The position numbers were made by a program, and so were the translations under genes. The notes under the pieces were generated by a model. That model had not been told where the DNA came from, ran no database searches, and worked only from the letters and a program-made list of their open reading frames with translations. Source: the human T2T-CHM13v2.0 reference genome, Homo sapiens. From it: a stretch of 64,000 bases of DNA. This document shows positions 25,750 to 38,850 of this stretch, in pieces (the first letter of the stretch is position 1; every line of letters starts with the position of its first letter). The stretch lies in the NCBI RefSeq assembly GCF_009914755.1, contig NC_060936.1; one strand, given 5' to 3'.

Positions 25750-26661
25750 GGCGGGACTGGAAAACACACCACTCAGAGCCTCATGAACTGCATTTTTAGA
25801 GTTCCCAGTACTCACCACTACATCACGGAACCTCACACTGAACTGCATTTTCTCTTGGGGCATCCCACCGAGATGAAAAGCGGTCCACTTGCATCCACCA
25901 AGGGGACTTGGGTGCACTTTCTAATGGGGCATCCTACCTATTAGTAAAGACCTCTCAGCCACTTGGGGACCTTAACTTGGATGATTAGTCCAGGTACTCA
26001 CTTAACGCTAGATGATCAGCCTAGATACGAGGAAAAAGGTAAAGGAAGAACTCCACCTGGCGCCAGCCCAGGGAAGGGGCAGGGAAGGGAAGACTCACTG
26101 TTCTGAGGCTGTCTGAGTTCACCTTATTCAGCAACATCAGAACAGAATGGCTGGCTGAGTCCATGGGGGAATTCAGAATGAGAAAGAGAGGGTCTGAGGC
26201 ACCCAAAACATGTGTGAATTCGCTCTGAATGAGCCTCCGCTACCAGTCATGCCACACTTAGGGATTAGGGACTTCTGACCAGAGAAGAGAGGAAAAAGCC
26301 TTCCTGCCTAATGGGAGAGGCAGCTAACTCTGTTCACCCTCTGACCTTTAGGCAGCACCGGAGAACAGCCCTGGCCAGTTACCATCAATTGCCAGAGAGA
26401 TACTAGAAGCTGGCTGCTGAAAGACTGAAAAGAGAAAATAAACTTAGGTGCCTCACCTGAATGGGCATGGAAGTCAGATGCTTCCACGGGGACACCTTTC
26501 AGCCCACCAGAGTGTAGCTCTGGCCAGAGACCTACAATTGTCTCCGTGCTTAGATGCTATCCACTGAGGGTTCCAAGTTGGGAAAGAGAGAGAGGCAAGA
26601 GAGTTCCCTATGAGGAGAGACAGCCCCCATGCAGAGAGAGTTCCCCATAAGGAGAGAGAGC

Positions 26662-26679
26662 TCCCCATATGGGCCACCA
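26662..26679 (-). other. Primer-binding site complementary to tRNA-Ile
   Basis: TGGTGGCCCATATGGGGA vs tRNA-Ile(AAT) complement TGGTGGCCCGTACGGGGA; both differences are CpG transitions; 3 nt from the LTR end. Confidence 0.85.
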
Positions 26680-26682
26680 AAA

Positions 26683-26872
26683 TGTTGTGGGTGAGTGACA
26701 ACTATCTGAGGCTGGTGGCACAGGTGGTAAAAGAATTTACCAAGACAGTTGTGGGTAAAGAAAGGCAGATTTACTAGAGAAAGTATGAAAATATGTTGCA
26801 AGAGTGCAACGGGCAAGGTAGCAAAAGAGGGGCTGACTGCCAGGAAAAGACAAAGGCTTGCTGGGAATTTTT
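26683..26872 (-). mobile_element. 5' LTR, truncated (R/U5-side ~190 bp only)
   Basis: About 88% identical by hand alignment to 21291-21477; ends in CA just before the PBS; homology stops abruptly near 26872. Confidence 0.9.
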
Positions 26873-27778
26873 TCTATGTGCTCCCCTCTCACCACCAGGC
26901 TGGACCTAATCCTGCAGGAACTTGGCCAACAACTGACAAGTGACCTGCAAAGTTGGTCCTGATTTTTTGGAGAAGAAAATACCTTAGCAGTTCATGACTG
27001 ACTTCTGATCATTGACTTTGACCTCATATGAAAAGACCTACACAATCTTTCAAATCCCTTCCCCCAGGAATGGCTCTTCATTGCTGGCATCCTTTGTCCA
27101 TTCTTCTTGGTAGAACAAATCCAACCTTTATCTCTACCTCTTTCTCTCTCTTCTCTGTAGCATTGTACACATTTTGAAGATGAACCCCTTTTCCTTTCTA
27201 TGTGTGTTTCATAATATCTTGCCCATCTTCCACCTATGAGACTTCCCTATCAGTGCCAAACTTACTAGTAGGTATGACTCCCCAAAACACAGCTTTCCTT
27301 TTCCTTTAGTGTCTTACTTTCAGGGATACTGGAGAGTGCACCTTTCAGTAGGCCTGAACTAGAACTAAAACAGTTTATCTATAGCAATAGAGGCTACATG
27401 TACTTCTCTCCAGCAACATCATTCCTTTCTTTTATCCATAAATGACTAATGATAAGTTATTTTCAATTTCTCAACTTTTTTCTTTTCAAAGGTACATGCT
27501 GAGTCAACATAATAAATCAGTATAGGCACTATAGCAGAGAGCCTTGAAATCAGATAGACCTGGCTCAATAAGGGTCAACTATTTATAGTTATAAAATGTT
27601 TCTTAACATGTTTCTAATGCAGCTTTCTCATTTGTAAAATTAGAATAATACTAATAGCTACCTCATTTTCTTAGAGTCAAGAATAAAGTTATGGGAATGG
27701 TAACATGACAATGATGATGATGATGATGACATTAAAGGAGAAAAATCACAAAACGACAAGACTTAGGATATCCAAGTG

Positions 27779-27784
27779 TTTATT
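27779..27784 (-). terminator. IL22: IL22 polyadenylation signal
   Basis: AATAAA on the minus strand followed by a GT/T-rich downstream element (GTCTTGTCGTTTTGTG). Confidence 0.85.
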
Positions 27785-28319
27785 GAGGTCAAATAAACAT
27801 GTTATAGCTCTATAATTATTGTCATAAATATCAATATTAGCCTTACACTCAAGTAGCAATATCGAATGATGTTTCTATAAATAAATCCATATTAATAAAA
27901 TGATATAAATAAAATGCAGTCTTATAATAATAATAAATACATTTATAAATATAAAGTACTGATTATGGAAACATGAAGCTATTTAGGGGTTTTTTCCCCT
28001 AAAGGAATGGAAAGTAATCTTTTTTATGGAAAAAGACAATTATTTAAAAAATAAATTGTTTTCTGTGTATAGAACACCAGTTACAATGAAATGTTATCAA
28101 TAAATATCTATGCTTAGAAAGTCTACCTTCTGGTCTTATAAACAAAAGTGGCATTGGTTTCCTTTGTAACTAACGCAGGGGTTCATTTGGAATCCACCCA
28201 TCATGATGGAGTTTGGCTTCCCATCTTCCTTTTGGTTAAAAAAAATCGCTTTGGGGCATCTAATTGTTATTTCTAGCAGGGAAAGGGGGTTAGTTATTCA
28301 TTTTTCAGCTTTGCTCTGG
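27785..28319 (-). promoter_or_regulatory. IL22: IL22 3' UTR with AU-rich elements
   Basis: Several AUUUA pentamers (TAAAT on plus) in very AT-rich sequence at about 27820-28110. Confidence 0.85.
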
Positions 28320-28397
28320 TCAAATGCAGGCATTTCTCAGAGACATAAACAGCAAATCCAGTTCTCCAATTGCTTTGATCTCTCCACTCTCTCCAAG
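28320..28397 (-). CDS. IL22: Interleukin-22 coding exon 5 (last)
   Basis: CAG acceptor; LGESGEIKAIGELDLLFMSLRNACI-TGA, with the IL-10-family KAxGELDLL signature; exons total 62+22+48+22+25 = 179 aa. Confidence 0.99.
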   Translation of the reverse strand, partial: LGESGEIKAIGELDLLFMSLRNACI

Positions 28398-28790
28398 CTG
28401 TGAAAATAAGAATGCAAAAGTATTTGAGCATTTATGCCATGTTTTCTAAAGTGAACAAATTAGAAATTGCAAGATTAGGTTGATGGAGACAGAAACCGAG
28501 TTTTAAGCATTTGTAAAACATTCATAGTAATATCCCTTTAGTATTGTATGATTTGCCAAAGAGCTTAAAATGACGGCTCTCTGGACTGAGAGGCCACCAG
28601 CAGGCATCAATTTCAGGTGCACCTCACACTAATGAAGCTGTTTAAAAGCTGGGCAGAGAGTTGACCACCCCTTCTTAACCAGAGCAAGGAGACTGAAGTG
28701 AGGCTGGGATCTGGGGGATCCCGAGTGCCACCCATTATGCCTTGGCCTGTTTTGCAGCTCCAAAACTATCTATGACAGATTACTTATAAG

Positions 28791-28999
28791 GAGCTTGTCC
28801 AACCTGCAGCCCACAGGCCGCACATGGCCCAGGACAGCTTTGAATGCACCCTAACAGAAATTCATAAACTTTCTTAAAACAGTATGAGATTTATGCATGG
28901 ACTTTTTTAGCTCATCAGCTATTGTTCTTGTATTTTATGTGTGTACCAAGACAATTCTTTCAAGGTGGTCCAGGGAAGCCAAATGATTGGACACTCCTG
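28791..28999 (-). mobile_element. MER30-like hAT-Charlie MITE in the last IL22 intron
   Basis: Terminal inverted repeats (TGTCCAA...TTGGACA) and MER30-like internal sequence. Confidence 0.85.
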
Positions 29000-31033
29000 A
29001 TTTAAAACATCTCTACTCAAATGACTTTGAACCATGTATTCACCAATACATTAAGGCTTTTTCTATTTCCACCTTTTTGACAAACAGTAAAAGAAAAGTT
29101 TTCACTTTTGTGGGAAAAATACCAAATAAGTCTTTTCCACTTGCTTTAGTTAATAGAAAACCAGATATAGGTCCTAACATTCATTCTTTCTCTCTCCAAG
29201 TCAAATGCAGATGAGGATCCCAAACTTAATCGAAGAGGAAACCCAAATTCAAGTGAAAAGCATTCCCTACTGAAATTCCTCTAATCTATCATATTTGCAT
29301 TATTTCAAGAAAAACCTTGTCACCATTGTCCTCTATATAATACATGGTTCTTCCTTTTCCTGCTTTCTTCCGCCCTTTCACCTTTCCATACTTCTTTTGA
29401 CATAAGGCCAAAAAGATATTCTTTTCTATCTCAAAGACCCCAAGACTATAAAGAATTTTAAAGTTTATCGTCCCCTACTGTCTGTCATGCATTTTACTAC
29501 CAACCTGCGTTCTGCTTTTACCCCCAACGAGAGGGAATTAATGCCTCCCAAAACCACCCTATTTCAGACAGCTCTGACAGTTTCTCCTCCTGTTGATCTT
29601 TCTCTGAACAACATTGCTCTCCCTCCTGTGCTTTCTGAAGCTACCAGCAAAAAAGCATAATCACTCTTCCACATGGCAACCCATTGCAAATATGAAATTT
29701 ATTCTTTCAAAATGGATTAAAGGTCTTGAAAATCACACAGATCACCATGAGATTCTCCTCTCTCACACTTCACTTTTCTAAAGACAACAAGCAAGATGAA
29801 ATCAGTAATTTTTTAAGCAAGATGTGTAAAGCATGCCTTGTCTGTGGCATGCTAACATTCAGCCCTCCATGTCTAGATAATAGTTCTATAACAAGAGAAC
29901 TGGGCTTCACAATTTAAAACTACAAAGCCTTCAATTATCAAAGGAAGAAACAGTCACACTCATTAAATGATGCTCAGGAAGAAACGCTTTTTTAAAAAGT
30001 CAAGAGGGAAAAAGGGGGAATTAAGGTTAAGCTTGTTACTGAAAATTCCATCAACTGGAGCCTTCATGTTTCTGAGTATTTAGTTGTACCTGCTTGCAAG
30101 AGCGTCACTTTCACTGCTCCTAATCATTCCTCCGGTTTTGGGGTGAGTCACTATTGTTAGTCTAAGCCTTCCATTGTTGTTCTTTTCACCAAATAGGCCA
30201 CATGATGGTATCATTCACTATAGAAATGTACACCAGCCCACCATGGATAAATGCTCCCTAGGGATTTGTTGAGGGAGTGAAGGAAGAAACTAGAATGGAA
30301 GGTCTTGATGGGAGAGAGGAAGAAAAAAAAGCTTACCAATTCAGACTTCCATTTAACTATAATAAATCTCTTACTAATATTTTTACTCTATTTGAACCTG
30401 TATAAAAGAGATCGGGGTTGTCTGCTCTTGCTTTTAAACTATAATCAATATCTGATAGATATTATGATAATTCAAAATAAGTGTTTATTACTCCAGAAAT
30501 TAGCCCTATATGCAAGTCCAGCTCTTTTCTCATTGTTCTGAGTTTATTCTTCCAAGTTTCAAAGCAATGCATTAATGACTTCAAAAATGACTTCAAATAA
30601 ATTTGCCCATAGGCATTTTTCTGTTTTTAAACAAGTACTTCTTCAGATTACATGAGTCAATAGGAATCTGAAATTTCCCTAAGAATTAATGGTACCAAAA
30701 CTAATCTGTATCACCACCGGGAAAAGTGCTGGCTTGGGATTCAGGAGACCTGCATTCTAGCCCTATCTCTGCCACTGACCATCCCCAGAATCTGAGGTTA
30801 TGTGACTAGACAAGCTAAGATCCCAACCAGTTCTAGAATTCTACAATTTGCAAGATTTGGAAACTGACATCTAGATATATAGATATATCTACATACACAG
30901 ACACCAAAGTAATCGCCCTGGTGGTAGGAGAATCAAGTGAAAAATCACAAAGTGATGGGAAGAAAGAAAGGAAAGAAAAACAACATTTGTCTCTCCTATT
31001 GCATGACTTAGCATTGACAGTTATCAGTCCTAC

Positions 31034-31099
31034 CTTTTTCACTGTGTCCTTCAGCTTTTGCACATTCCTCTGGATATGCAGGTCATCACCTTCAATATG
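31034..31099 (-). CDS. IL22: Interleukin-22 coding exon 4
   Basis: TAG acceptor; 66 nt HIEGDDLHIQRNVQKLKDTVKK; GTAGGA donor. Confidence 0.98.
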
Positions 31100-31220
31100 C
31101 TATAAAACAATAACAAGCATAACTATCTTAATGTTGTGCTGAAACTTTATGAACCTCCACACCCATGGAGGTACAGTACAATTCACCTGGAATTAAAGCT
31201 CTTAGTAATTTTGCCCACAA

Positions 31221-31250
31221 TGACCTAGATTTCAACAGTGACCTAGATTT
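31221..31250 (-). promoter_or_regulatory. Two tandem ROR response element motifs in an IL22 intron
   Basis: AAATCTAGGTCA at 31221-31232 and 31239-31250, both matching WAWNTAGGTCA. Confidence 0.6.
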
Positions 31251-32024
31251 CCTGAGCTCTTGAATTCCCTTGGACGCCAGAATCCAGTCACTTCCCTTAC
31301 AAGAGACCTCTCTTCATCTTTGGGAAATCCTACTGAGGTTTGCATTTGTGGAAAGAGCGGAGTAGTTTATGCAAATTCTGTAAGGAATAAAACCTCAATC
31401 GTATCTCCAGAAAATTGCATGCTTAGAACAAGAAATGTACATAAAACATCTCATGTGAAAATTAAGCCCTCTTCAGTAAGTCCTAGGGCCTTTTACTGGG
31501 CCCACTCCACTCAAACTTTTTTTCATAGTTTCAAATGTTCAGCGGCATCAAGTTCACACGCCTCCGATTTTGTGGCTTCCCATGACATCAACAGGGCAAC
31601 AGTCTGCCGACCCACCACCGACTTTAAGCCTTCCCATTTCCCACTTTCTCTTCTAATTTCTCTCCATGCCATCCCCTCCCCTCAACAACTTAGACTCAAT
31701 GGATCCATTTCCACAGCTAGATGTTTTTCCCAACACCTTTCTCATCTTACGCAACCTGAGTTGCCTTTTTTCCGAAGACAAACCAATGCGGCTTCTGTAC
31801 ACTTAAGTTCCAGACCCCATTCACCACTATAAACTCAAGATGTGACTCAGTCAAAGCAAAAGCAAATACTCTATGATCCCAAATGACTCCTGATAACACT
31901 GCTGCCAAGACACTTCTTCCTGCTAGCTTAGGGGTAGGGGGAAGGAGAGAGAGTTGGGGTAAGGGGGTCTCTGTGGAAGGAGGGAAGGAGGGGTAGGTGG
32001 GCATAGGCTGAGAGCTGAACTTAC

Positions 32025-32168
32025 ACATGTGCTTAGCCTGTTGCTGAGCCTGGCCAGGAAGGGCACCACCTCCTGCATATAAGGCTGGAACCTATCAGAT
32101 TGAGGGAACAGCACTTCTTCAAGGGTGAAGTTCAGCACCTGCTTCATCAGATAGCAGCGCTCACTCAT
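32025..32168 (-). CDS. IL22: Interleukin-22 coding exon 3
   Basis: CAG acceptor; 144 nt MSERCYLMKQVLNF...LSNRLSTC; GTAAGT donor. Confidence 0.98.
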
Positions 32169-32284
32169 CTGCAGGTGGAAGGGAAACAGAAAGGGTCATA
32201 AGGGATAAGACCTAAACCATCATCACCACCACCCCAAGTACCCATGGACGGCACACGGCCCTGTTCGTCACAACTGTAGCTTAC

Positions 32285-32350
32285 ACTGACTCCGTGGAAC
32301 AGTTTCTCCCCAATGAGACGAACGTCTGTGTTGTTATCAGCCAAGCTAGC
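32285..32350 (-). CDS. IL22: Interleukin-22 coding exon 2
   Basis: CAG acceptor; 66 nt ASLADNNTDVRLIGEKLFHGVS; GTAAGC donor. Confidence 0.98.
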
Positions 32351-32783
32351 CTGGAAGAGAAGAAAAGACTAAGGGTCTGGACATTGAGCAAATAGAAAAA
32401 AAATTTATACATAGACATGTGCCCCATCCCGTCTCCCCAGAGCAACATCATAAAGACTAAAAGCAGAATTCAGATGTGTGCATGAGTTTAGAACAATGCA
32501 CAGAGGCATAAAGGAAAAAAAAAATCATCAGATGGATTACTGAATGGCCGCTCTTTGGGAAAAATTCATCATATGTTTCATAAAGGCCAAAATGGAAGGA
32601 AGAAGTTCAAGAAAAAAAAAAAAGCCAGATTCCCAAAGAGTCTCTGAAAAAACAGAAAATTTATCTACCCTCAGGGATAAACAGTGGGTTCCTAAAGCTC
32701 TTAGAGATGCTCTGAAGAAAAGTTTAAGAACTATTTGGATTCCAAGTAGATCCAACGAGAAAGAGCAGGATTGAGATGTATAC

Positions 32784-32969
32784 CTCCTTAGCCAGCATGA
32801 AGGTGCGGTTGGTGATATAGGGCTGCTGGAAGTTGGACTTGTCAAGCCTGCAGTGGGAGCTGATGGGCGCAGCTGCTCCTCCCTGTACCAAGAGGGCCAA
32901 GAGAAGGAGGCAGCTGGTGGCCAGGGTCCCCATAAGGAAAGAGCTCACAGATTTCTGCAGGGCGGCCAT
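32784..32969 (-). CDS. IL22: Interleukin-22 coding exon 1 (exon begins at 33015 with 5' UTR)
   Basis: ATG at 32969; 62 codons MAALQKSVSSFLMGTLATSCLLLL...TFMLAKE; GT donor at 32783. Confidence 0.99.
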
Positions 32970-33103
32970 TGCAGACAATTCTAACTCGAGCAACTGGTGA
33001 CTGGGGAAGGAGAACCTGGTCGAAGACAACGTGAAGGAACAAAATTAGTCAAGAAGTATTTCATCAAACTAACCAATTGTACCAAGTTTGCCGAAACGCT
33101 TAC

Positions 33104-33125
33104 CTGTTCTGAAGATTCTGCTTGT
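33104..33125 (-). other. IL22: IL22 non-coding exon 1 (~22 nt)
   Basis: Starts about 25-30 nt downstream of TATAAAA; ends CAG|GTAAGC at 33103; matching acceptor CCAG| just before 33015; TSS approximate. Confidence 0.8.
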
Positions 33126-33149
33126 GACGGGGAAGGTAGAAGCTGCTGC

Positions 33150-33370
33150 TTTTATAGCCCCCAGGATACTGACTTTTTTTTAATTGTGAAAAATATGACA
33201 TCAGCAATTATCTAATTTCCAGTACTGTCTTCTGAGAACGACCTAACCACCACAGGAGCCCACAAAACACCACCTCTATCCTTTCCACCTTGAGATGCAA
33301 GTGTTTCCCTAAAACGTCACTATTAGAGCCCGGAGGGTATTTTACAGACAAATCCCAGAAATTTTCTAAA
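33150..33370 (-). promoter_or_regulatory. IL22: IL22 proximal promoter
   Basis: TATAAAA 33150-33156; MARE/CRE-like TGCTGATGTCA 33196-33206; STAT-type TTCTGAGAA 33230-33238; RUNX core TGTGGT near 33250; TGACGT near 33315. Confidence 0.8.
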
Positions 33371-33959
33371 CCCTACATATTTTTCAAAGAACACAATTGT
33401 TTTGTCTTAGTAGAGTTCAGATTTAGTATAAAATGTTTTGATCTCCTATAGTGGCTGAGTAAGCATTTTGGTCACGGACTCATTTTCCTACCAGCTTTAT
33501 AGATTCTTATCTCATTGGAGGTGATCAGAAAAAAAGGACCCATGTCCTATATCCTCTGCTTTAAAGTAAATGGTAATGACAGCTAACAGATCATTCCATT
33601 ATTAAAATAATTTTATCTCATTTTTAAACATGCTGAATTCTAAACCAGACTTATGTTTCAAAAATAACTGTCTTGGCTAATCTAATTATTGTTTTCTTCC
33701 CTTTTTGGAACTATTTTTAAGTGATCATAACAATTAAGGCAGAAGTAAATATATCTTAAAATTGTATTAATTGAATTATAATCAATATCAACTTAAGTTT
33801 GTAAATACTAATGCTGAAAATCTGATCTCCTTTTTTCTTAACATGTAAACTTTTTTTAAAATAAAAGAATACCATGGATATAGTTCATCTTAAAATTTTA
33901 CCTAATTCTACACTTCACACAAGTCTCAACATAATATTTCCAAATAATCCTATAACAAC

Positions 33960-34060
33960 TATATATGTGTGTGTATATATATTATATATGTGTGTATACT
34001 ATATATATACATATATATGCAACATTTTATATATATACATATATATACACACACACACAT
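33960..34060. repeat. (TA)/(TG)/(CA) compound microsatellite upstream of IL22
   Basis: Direct reading. Confidence 0.9.
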
Positions 34061-34444
34061 GGATGTCTGAAGAAGGGAATATAAGAATATAGAGGTTCCG
34101 CGTTACCTTCAAATTATTTAAAAATACACCTAAAACTAGACTGGAAATTCTCCCGCAGAGCAAGGAAGCAAATGCAAGTATCAAAATGCAAATACCTATT
34201 GCTGAGGGAAGGAATGTGAATTAGTGCAAATTTGTATAATCAGATTTTTCTCCTCACAACTAGTTAAGATCAGGAGTGTTGAAGAACTGGAAGTAGGGAT
34301 GTAAATAATTGTAAAACCTAGACCACTTTTTGAGATGGCACAGACCTAAGCAAGGTGCCACTGCGAAGGGTCGGAACCACATGAGGACACTGAGCATTTG
34401 TGAAGGTGGCCAGAGGAGAAAGAAGCAAAAATGAAGATTAGTGA

Positions 34445-35460
34445 GAGTAAAAAACACCACATGATCACACTTGCATGTGGAATCTAAAACACTTGAACTC
34501 ATAGAAGGAAAGAGTAGAATGGTGGTTGCCAGGGGCTGGGTGGGCAAGGGGCAGCGAGTTGGGGAGATGTTACCCAAAGGATACAACATTTCAGTTAAAG
34601 AAGAGGAATAAGTTGAAGAGCTCTATTGTCCATCATGGTGATGATAGTTAAGAACAATATATCGTATGCTTAAAAATCACAAAGAGCATAGATTGTAAAT
34701 GTTCTCATTACAAAAAAAAATTTCAAGTATGTGAGGTAATGCATATATGTTAATTCACTCAATTTAGCCATTCCACAATGTATGCGTATATCAAAACATA
34801 TATGAAATCAACCTAAGTATCCACAGATGGATGGATGAATGGATAAAGAAAATGTGGTATATATACACAATGGAATACTATTCAGCCATAAAAGAAATGT
34901 AATCCTGTCATTTGCAATAACGTGAATGAACCTGAAGGACACCATGTTAAGTGAAATAAATCAGATGCGGAAAAACAAATACTGCATGATCTCACTGATA
35001 TGTGGAATCTAAAAAATAATAATGATAATAATAAAGTTGATATAGAAGCAGAGAATATAACAGTGGTTTACCAGAGACTGGGGGAGTAAGTGGGGAAAGG
35101 AGGATGGGGAGAGGTTGGTCAACGGGTACAATGATACAATTAGAAGGAATAATTTCGGTGTTCTATTACACAGTAGAATGACTGTATTTAACAGGAAAAT
35201 ATTGTATTTTACAAAATAGCTAGAAGAGAGGCTTTTGAAGATTCTCACCACAAAGTAATGATAAATGCATGAGGTGATGGATACACTAACTAACCTAATT
35301 GTATCATACAGCATACACTTATATCAAAACATCAAATTATACTCCATAAATATGTACAATTATAATGCATCAATTTAAAAAATAAGTAATTTTTAAAACA
35401 TCATATTGTGTAACATAAATACTGTATATATAATTTTTATTTGTCAAATGAAAATAAGAT
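34445..35460 (+). mobile_element. Two nested L1MA-type 3' ends upstream of the IL22 promoter
   Basis: 3' UTR motif series occurs twice; the outer copy is interrupted at about 34800 and resumes at about 35393. Confidence 0.8.
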
Positions 35461-36154
35461 TTTTTTTCTGAATTGAAAAAAAATAGGTGTGTTCCAAATG
35501 TTTCCCTGGGGTTGACCATGGGCCCAAGAAAAGATGATGAAACTCTTCCTTATTCAGTTTCCTATTATATATGGCCATTTTTGCCCAGAACTCCGTATAA
35601 TTCTATTAGCACTAGATTTAAGCTATTCATCGATTAAATAGGCTTTTGTGGGTTTGCCTGGGAAACTGACCAGCATACATAATTTTCTTTCCACGGGAAA
35701 ATAAGTTTTGACATCGTTGAATTACATGCTTTCGAGGGAAGAGTCTCTGTCTCTTTCGTCTTTGTGACTCCAACACTTAGAACAGTGCTACACACATAGG
35801 AAGGACTCAATAAAAGCATATTGACAGCCTTTACGGTATTTCTAAAGTTGGTGTTTGACCCAGTCCTGCTTACCAGCTTATTGTTCCTGAATAGAAAATA
35901 AATCACTGTGAAACAGAAATAGAATGTCAGAAAATTGCAAAGCCCTCTTTAAGAGCAGCAGTGTGTCTCTTATTCATTGTATGCCCCTGATGGACCAAGC
36001 ATCAATAAGATAGTGTTAATGGAGCCTAGATCTTAAGTTTCAATGAGTTTAACTAAAACTCACTAAAGGGAAAATCTGCTCTGGTGTTGTATGGGGGTTT
36101 CTGAACAGTCATACTAGGAGTCTCAGAAATATTTGCTATTAGAAGAGATTGTGA

Positions 36155-36521
<367 letters not shown>

Positions 36522-37049
36522 TCAGATTATAATGGGCCTTTTCTGCAGTTGTTTCCTTGTGAATTTTCAAGTCTCTCCCAAAGCCACTGCAGATGAAGAG
36601 CAACCCCAATGCCCACCTCCCAGGTCCCAGACAGACCATACCCATGGTTGATTTGGAATATGTAACAATTTACCTGATCTAATGCCAAGAAGGACTAATC
36701 AGAATCCTCAACCAGAAGTAGGCTTTGGCTGTCTCATTCACTATACTGTGCCTAGCACATGGAACAGTGCCTGGCATATAGTGGCAAAATAAATATTCAT
36801 TGATCACATACATAAAATAGTTTCCCAACTCATTGACTGATGCTAGAAAATCCATGACTGGAAATGCATTCTTTAAGACACAAATCTCCCTAGAAGAAAG
36901 AAGACTTCTGGTATCACAGGTAAAAAGATTTGTACTCATCATACTCTTCAGTCCAGTGCACATGATCATTGTTCCATACAAGTTTCTGTGTGTGTGTGTG
37001 CACACGTGCGTGGGTGTGATCCTACCCTCATCATTCTCCTTCCCTCCCC

Positions 37050-38850
<1,801 letters not shown>

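Larger units (their letters stand above)
21291..26872 (-). mobile_element. Defective ERV1-class (gammaretrovirus-like, probably MER4-group) provirus
   Basis: Two homologous LTR segments, PBS, gag remnants, env remnants and polypurine tract in proviral order. Confidence 0.93.

Noticed and set aside
31260-31832. Longest ORF (190 aa), antisense in an IL22 intron
   Set aside because: TTG start, no recognisable domain, composition typical of non-coding DNA
32970-33029. N-terminal extension of IL22 in ORF 32724-33029
   Set aside because: Starts at a TTG inside intron 1; the true ATG is 32969 and the ORF's C-terminal tail is intronic
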